In this document: positions 58,687 through 64,000 of the stretch, one piece after another
Layout of the letters: the number at the start of each line of letters is the position of its first letter
Numbering within the stretch: position 1 is the first letter of the stretch
Assembly (NCBI GenBank): GCA_963662545.2
Contig: CAXXLL010000003.1
Location: forward strand, 32,001 to 96,000
Reading direction: 5' to 3'
Source: Gammaproteobacteria bacterium
GTDB lineage: Bacteria; Pseudomonadota; Gammaproteobacteria; Ga0077536
Length of the DNA stretch: 64,000 nt
The notes under the pieces: generated by a model
What the model saw: only the letters and a program-made list of their open reading frames with translations
Database searches by the model: none
What the model was told of the DNA's origin: nothing
Translations under genes and position numbers: made by a program

Positions 58687-59478
58687 GTGCAATCGGCCGG
58701 CATTCGAAACTTCGACCCCGATGAACTCGCATCGCTGTTCGATCTCAAGTATCGCGGCAGCGTCGAGCTCGGCCCAGACCCCGCGCGGCGGCAGCGCTTC
58801 AACTATTACAATCCAGACGATCACTATGAAGCCCTGATCCGGAAGCTGGTGCAGCCGCAAACCCGCTGGCTCGAGGTGGGTTGCGGGCGCCATATTTTCC
58901 CCAGTAATCCGGCGCTCGCGAAAGAGCTGTCCGCGCGTTGCGCCTCGCTCACCGGAGTCGATCCTGATGCAACCATCGAGGAAAACCCGTTCGTGCACGG
59001 CAAGGTGCGCGGGATGGTCGAGGACCTGGACCCCGAGCTCCAATTCGATCTCGTCACGCTCCGCATGGTCGCGGAGCACGTCGCCGACCCCGCCGATATG
59101 CTCAAGACCCTTTCGAATCTCGTGGTTCCGAACGGGATTGTAGTCATCTACACCATCAACAAGTGGAGCCCTGTTCCACTTGCCACGGCAGTAACGCCTT
59201 TCTCGCTGCACCATCCGATCAAGTACGTTCTGTGGCGCGGGGAGGAAAAAGATACCTTTCCTACGACTTACAGGATGAACACACGCGCGCAACTGCGCGA
59301 ACTGTTCTCTACAGCAGGATTTGCGGAAGACTGCTTCTGGTATCTCGACGACTGCCGAACCTTTCAGAGATTCAGGCTCTTGAACCTGCTCGAACTCAGC
59401 GCCTGGCGAGTACTCAAGGCAATGGGTTTAAGGTATCCGGAAAACTGCCTTCTGGGCGTTTACCGCCGCCGCGGTTAA
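58687..59478 (+). CDS. class I SAM-dependent methyltransferase
   Basis: WLEVGCG, GVDPD, FDLV, MVAEHV, L-PNG. Confidence 0.8.
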   Translation: MQSAGIRNFDPDELASLFDLKYRGSVELGPDPARRQRFNYYNPDDHYEALIRKLVQPQTRWLEVGCGRHIFPSNPALAKELSARCASLTGVDPDATIEENPFVHGKVRGMVEDLDPELQFDLVTLRMVAEHVADPADMLKTLSNLVVPNGIVVIYTINKWSPVPLATAVTPFSLHHPIKYVLWRGEEKDTFPTTYRMNTRAQLRELFSTAGFAEDCFWYLDDCRTFQRFRLLNLLELSAWRVLKAMGLRYPENCLLGVYRRRG

Positions 59479-59564
59479 GGCATCGAGGACGTGCTTATTT
59501 CCAATCCGATTGAACACGTATCCGTAGCCTAAAGCGGTCGCACGGTCCAGACGACTTATCACCC

Positions 59565-60554
59565 ATGAACAACATTCTCGTTACCGGCGGCGCGGGTTAT
59601 ATCGGCAGCCACGTCGTGAAACTGCTCGGCCGCGCCGGTCACCGGCTCGTTACCCTGGACAACCTGAGCAAGGGTCGCCGCGACGCCGTTTTGTTCGGGG
59701 AATTCGTCGTCGGCGACACCGGCAATCGGGAACTGATCTCCAGCCTGCTGCGCCGTCACCACATCGATACGGTAATGCATTTTGCGGCCTTCACGATCGT
59801 GCCGGAATCGGTAAGTGACCCGCTCAAGTATTACGCGAACAACACCTGTAACACCCGTAACCTGCTCGAATGCTGTGTCGAACATGGGATAGGTCAATTT
59901 GTCTTCTCTTCGACCGCAGCGGTCTATGGCACGACGGAAGACGGCGTCTGCGGGGAGGAAACCGTGACCGAACCGGTCAACCCGTATGGACAATCGAAAC
60001 TTCTAAGCGAGATCATGCTGGCCGACACCTGCCGTGCCCACGACATGCGCGCCGTGATCCTGCGGTATTTCAATGTCGCCGGCAGCGACCCCGAAGGAGA
60101 AATCGGGCAATCCACGCCAGGCTCCACCTTGCTGGTCAAGGTGGCCGTCGAGGCTGCGCTCGGCAAACGGGACGCGGTCCGGATCTTCGGCACGGATTAC
60201 CCGACGCCTGACGGGACCGGCGTGCGGGATTACATCCACGTGACCGATCTGGCTGCCGCGCACGTCGATGCGCTCGGATATCTGGAGTCTGGCGGGACCA
60301 CCATCACCTTGAACTGTGGCTACGGCCATGGGTACAGCGTGCGCGAGATCCTGGAAGCCGTCGGGCGCGTCGCATCGAAGCCTTTGAACCTGATCGAGAC
60401 CGACCGCCGGCCTGGAGATCCCCCGCTGCTCATTGCCAAAGCCGATCGGATCAAAGAGGCACTCGGCTGGTCACCGCGCTACGATGACCTCACCGTCATC
60501 GTCCAGACATCCATGGATTGGGAAAGAAAACTGAGTGGGGAAGGCCTCGGCTGA
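59565..60554 (+). CDS. galE: UDP-glucose 4-epimerase
   Basis: VTGGAGYIGSH, FSSTAAVYG, YGQSK, LRYFN, DGTGVRDYIHV. Confidence 0.95.
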   Translation: MNNILVTGGAGYIGSHVVKLLGRAGHRLVTLDNLSKGRRDAVLFGEFVVGDTGNRELISSLLRRHHIDTVMHFAAFTIVPESVSDPLKYYANNTCNTRNLLECCVEHGIGQFVFSSTAAVYGTTEDGVCGEETVTEPVNPYGQSKLLSEIMLADTCRAHDMRAVILRYFNVAGSDPEGEIGQSTPGSTLLVKVAVEAALGKRDAVRIFGTDYPTPDGTGVRDYIHVTDLAAAHVDALGYLESGGTTITLNCGYGHGYSVREILEAVGRVASKPLNLIETDRRPGDPPLLIAKADRIKEALGWSPRYDDLTVIVQTSMDWERKLSGEGLG

Positions 60555-61372
60555 TGTTTGACTCCCGGCCTGCCACACCCTGCACTGGTCGTCGTCGACC
60601 GCCCGCATGGGTGACGCTGGTCGCCGTGTTGGCCGGAATGGCTTTGTTCACGACGTTCCCAGCCCAGGCGGAATCACCCCTCGCCGACACAGTCGAGCGG
60701 ATCAAACCGGCGATCGTGGGCGTCGGCACCTTTGCACCCCTCAGACGACCGCGCGCTAAACTGTTCGGAACCGGATTCTCCGTGGGCAACGGCCGCCTGA
60801 TTGCGACCAACCATCACGTCATAGAACTCGAACTGGATGATCAAAAGAACGAACGGCTGGTGGTCTTCGCGGGGCGCGGGCGTGAACCCGGACTGCGCGA
60901 GGCCACGGTAATGGCCATTGACCGGCGTCACGACCTGGCACTCCTTTCAATCGAGGGCGAACCGCTCCCGGCGTTTATCTTGGGCGACGATGCGGCTGTA
61001 CGCGAAGGGCAGACCGTCGCGTTCACGGGATTTCCGATCGGGGCCGTGCTCGGTCTCTATCCCGTCACCCATCGCGGCATCATTTCCGCGATAACACCGA
61101 TCGTGATCCCGGCGGACCATTCGACGCAGTTGTCGCGCGACCATATCCGAGAGCTGCGCAACCCCTACCTGGTTTTCCAGCTCGACGCCACGGCCTACCC
61201 CGGCAACAGCGGCAGCCCCGTGTACGATCAAAATGACGGCAAGGTGATCGGCGTGATCAACCAGGTCCTGGTCAAGGGCACGAAGGAAAGCGTGCTTCGC
61301 GATCCCAGTGCGATCAGCTACGCAATCCCGATACGGTATCTCCGCGAGCTTCTCGACGGCGCTCCGCAATGA
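60554..61372 (+). CDS. trypsin-like (S1) serine protease, exported
   Basis: GTGF, TNHHV, DLALL, GNSGSP catalytic triad motifs. Confidence 0.88.
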   Translation: MFDSRPATPCTGRRRPPAWVTLVAVLAGMALFTTFPAQAESPLADTVERIKPAIVGVGTFAPLRRPRAKLFGTGFSVGNGRLIATNHHVIELELDDQKNERLVVFAGRGREPGLREATVMAIDRRHDLALLSIEGEPLPAFILGDDAAVREGQTVAFTGFPIGAVLGLYPVTHRGIISAITPIVIPADHSTQLSRDHIRELRNPYLVFQLDATAYPGNSGSPVYDQNDGKVIGVINQVLVKGTKESVLRDPSAISYAIPIRYLRELLDGAPQ

Positions 61373-61438
61373 GCAGGCAGCCTCGCCGCAGCAACCGCGA
61401 GTATCATCGGACCGGCATTGACGCGCTGCAGACCTAAC

Positions 61439-63031
61439 ATGGCGTATCTGCTTCACGATACCCTCTATGAGACTGCGTCACGGGAACCCTCCCGAGAGAT
61501 CCTTGTGCATGACAAGCATGGCGCGATCGACGCGGCGGCGTTCTACCGAGAAGTCGTCCGTCTGGCCGGCGAACTGCGCGCCGCAGGCGTCGTACCGAAC
61601 GACCGCGTCGCCGTTTACTTGCCGAAGATCCCGCTGAGCGCGTATGCGTTCTACGCCGCCGCGTCGGCCGGCGGCGTATTCGTGCCGGTAAACCCGGTGC
61701 TGAAACCAGCGCAGGTCAGCCACATCCTGAACGACTGCGAGGTCCGAATCCTCGTCACCAGCCCTGAGCGGCTGAATCAACTACAAGACGTTATTGCCCA
61801 TACCCCGAGCCTCGTCCGGATCATCCTGTCCGAGCATCCCGCCAGTGATGCGATCTGCCCGGTCCCCTGGTCCTGCTGGCCTGCTACCGCGCCCGCTCCC
61901 CTGGAACCTCCCGATCTCCCGTTGCGGCTAGACAACGACATGGCGGCCATCCTGTACACGTCCGGCAGTACCGGCAAGCCGAAAGGCGTGATCATCTCGC
62001 ACCGAAACATCGTCGATGGCGCGCGGAGCGTCGCGCAGTATCTCGGCATCACTGAGCACGACCGCCTTCTCGCCGTGCTGCCGTTCAGCTTCGATTACGG
62101 ACTGAACCAACTGACCACAGCCGTACTGAAGGGCGCCACCTGCGTCTTGCTCGATTACCTGCTGCCGAGGGACGTGTTGAAAGCGGTGGAACGCCATCGC
62201 ATCACGGGACTCGCTGCGGTCCCTCCCCTTTGGGCGCAGCTCGCGCCGTTGGAATGGCCGGACGCAGCGCAGCGGAGCCTCCGCTACATCACCAACTCCG
62301 GCGGCGCGATGCCCGACGCTGTACTGTCGCGCCTGCGCGATAAGCTGCCCGATACCGAGCCGTACCTGATGTACGGCCTGACCGAGGCGTTTCGTTCGAC
62401 CTTCCTGCCACCAGATAAGATCGATGAGCGCAAAGGCTCGATGGGCAAGGCGATTCCGAATGCCGAAATCATAGTCATGCGTCCGGACGGCACGCCGGCC
62501 GCGCCGAATGAACCCGGCGAATTGGTGCACCGCGGCGCGCTTGTGGCCCTCGGATACTGGAACGATCCGGAACGGACCGCGACGCGCTTCAAGCCCGCAC
62601 CGGGCCAGCCGGAGGGCATTACGGTCCCGGAAATCGCCGTATGGTCTGGCGATACGGTGCGCAAGGACGAAGACGGTTACCTGTATTTCGTCGGCCGTAG
62701 CGATGCCATGATCAAGACCTCCGGGTACCGCGTCAGTCCGGACGAGATCGAGGAAGTGGTGTCTGCGCTGGAAGGCATCGAAATCACCGCCGCGCTCGGC
62801 GTTCCACACCCCGACCTCGGGCAGGCCATCGTTCTGGTCGTTTGTGTCACCGATGGTGCCGACCTCGACGAGGCGTACATCGCTTCGGCATGTCGCCGCG
62901 CACTGCCCAACTTCATGGTGCCCGCTCGTATCGTATTGCGGGACGAGATGCCGCAGAACCCGAACGGCAAAGTCAACCGGCAACAGCTACGCAGCGACTA
63001 TGCTAGCCTTTTCGAGCCAGCCGAGGACTGA
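61439..63031 (+). CDS. acyl-CoA ligase (AMP-forming), exosortase A system-associated type
   Basis: YTSGSTGKPKG, YGLTEAFRST, AVWSGD, IKTSGYRVSP; paired with the downstream PLP decarboxylase. Confidence 0.85.
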   Translation: MAYLLHDTLYETASREPSREILVHDKHGAIDAAAFYREVVRLAGELRAAGVVPNDRVAVYLPKIPLSAYAFYAAASAGGVFVPVNPVLKPAQVSHILNDCEVRILVTSPERLNQLQDVIAHTPSLVRIILSEHPASDAICPVPWSCWPATAPAPLEPPDLPLRLDNDMAAILYTSGSTGKPKGVIISHRNIVDGARSVAQYLGITEHDRLLAVLPFSFDYGLNQLTTAVLKGATCVLLDYLLPRDVLKAVERHRITGLAAVPPLWAQLAPLEWPDAAQRSLRYITNSGGAMPDAVLSRLRDKLPDTEPYLMYGLTEAFRSTFLPPDKIDERKGSMGKAIPNAEIIVMRPDGTPAAPNEPGELVHRGALVALGYWNDPERTATRFKPAPGQPEGITVPEIAVWSGDTVRKDEDGYLYFVGRSDAMIKTSGYRVSPDEIEEVVSALEGIEITAALGVPHPDLGQAIVLVVCVTDGADLDEAYIASACRRALPNFMVPARIVLRDEMPQNPNGKVNRQQLRSDYASLFEPAED

Positions 63032-63044
63032 CCGGCCGAACGTT

Positions 63045-64000
63045 ATGAGCAAGCTAAAAAATACCCATGCAAAGCTTGGGGCTCTTCAGGCGGAGGACGG
63101 AAGCCTACTCGTCAATGGCATTCCGATCGAGTTGATCGCCGAACGGGTCGGGCAAACACCATTTTACGTCTACGACCGCGCGGCCATTACGGCCCGGGTG
63201 GCGGAACTCAGGGCAGCACTTCCAAGTTTGGTGAAACTGCATTACGCGATCAAGGCCAATCCGATGCCTGCCGTCGTCGCACACATGAAGCCTTTGGTCG
63301 ATGGTTTCGACGTCGCCTCCCATCGCGAAATGCTCGTTGCGCTCGACAGCGGTATGCAGGCGTCGGAAATCAGCTTTGCGGGACCGGCAAAACGCGAACC
63401 GGAGCTACGCGCGGCTATTGCCGCCGGGATCTGCATCAACTGCGAATCGGAGACCGAACTCGAACGCATAGAGGTCCAATCCGAACAACTCGGGATACAG
63501 CCGCGGGTGGCACTGCGCGTGAATCCCGCCTTCGAACTCAAGGGGTCCGGCATGAAAATGGCCGGCAGCCCGAAACAGTTCGGGATCGACGCGGCGCGCA
63601 TCCCGGCGGCGATGCGCCGGGCGAAAGAAGCCGGTCTCGGTTTCGAAGGTCTGCACATTTACTGCGGGTCGCAGAACCTGAACGCCGATTCGATCATCGA
63701 AGCAAACCTGCGTACCGTCGAACTGGCCTGCCGATTGCAGGACGAGACCGGCATCGCTCTCGAATTCATCAACATCGGCGGCGGTTACGGTATCCCCTAT
63801 TTCCCAGGCGAGCTGGCGTTGGGCCTGGCAAAAGTGGGAGAGGCACTCGGCAGGACGCTGGATGCCAACGCAGTGGGCCTGGCCGACACCGAAATCGTCG
63901 TCGAGCTGGGCAGATTTCTCGTCGGCGAGGCCGGCTACTACGTCACCCGCGTGACCGACATCAAGGAATCCCAGGGCCACGGCTTCGTAATGGTGGACGG
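63045..64000 (+). CDS. PLP-dependent decarboxylase (DAP/ornithine decarboxylase fold), exosortase A system-associated type; runs off the window
   Basis: translated by eye: TPFYVYD, YAIKANP (PLP lysine), FDVAS, FAGPAK, LRVNP, GGGYGIPYF, ELGRFLV. Confidence 0.85.
   Translation, partial: MSKLKNTHAKLGALQAEDGSLLVNGIPIELIAERVGQTPFYVYDRAAITARVAELRAALPSLVKLHYAIKANPMPAVVAHMKPLVDGFDVASHREMLVALDSGMQASEISFAGPAKREPELRAAIAAGICINCESETELERIEVQSEQLGIQPRVALRVNPAFELKGSGMKMAGSPKQFGIDAARIPAAMRRAKEAGLGFEGLHIYCGSQNLNADSIIEANLRTVELACRLQDETGIALEFINIGGGYGIPYFPGELALGLAKVGEALGRTLDANAVGLADTEIVVELGRFLVGEAGYYVTRVTDIKESQGHGFVMVD

Noticed and set aside
1-64000. CRISPR arrays, tRNA/rRNA genes, and the many long antisense or overlapping ORFs in the track
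   Set aside because: I saw no regularly spaced repeats or RNA-gene signatures; the shadow ORFs are expected in high-GC coding DNA and overlap well-supported genes.

Overview
GC-rich, gammaproteobacterial-type chromosomal window (taxonomy inferred from gene order only). About 0-23.5 kb is mostly housekeeping: aat/bpt/infA, kdsB-lpxK-exbBD-comEC-lolD/lolC(E), tsaB, and nrdAB with two NrdR-like boxes. About 23.7-57 kb is a C1-oxidation supercluster: tetrahydromethanopterin/methylofuran genes (orf21, pabB, orf9, orf17, fae, orf7, orf5, mch, orfY, mptG), fhcBADC running straight into an Fdh1-type formate dehydrogenase, and a lanthanide-type methanol dehydrogenase (xoxF, D-Y-D motif). The last 7 kb looks like an exosortase/PEP-CTERM-associated envelope cluster. 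Two things stand out. (1) The xox operon reads xoxF - pseudoazurin - xoxJ, with a blue-copper protein where the cytochrome xoxG normally sits and no CXXCH protein among the neighbouring genes. (2) Two unrelated toxin-antitoxin modules sit in or just after the fdh operon, each bracketed by a direct repeat of the host genes themselves (119 bp and ~675 bp, diverged largely at synonymous sites), with no integrase or transposase in the cassettes. Also present: two inverted near-identical ISNCY/IS5-like elements, an IS21 truncating a carbamoyltransferase, a MITE, several REP-like palindromes, and frameshifts in cpdA and pabB. All functional calls come from motif recognition and synteny; no database searches were run.
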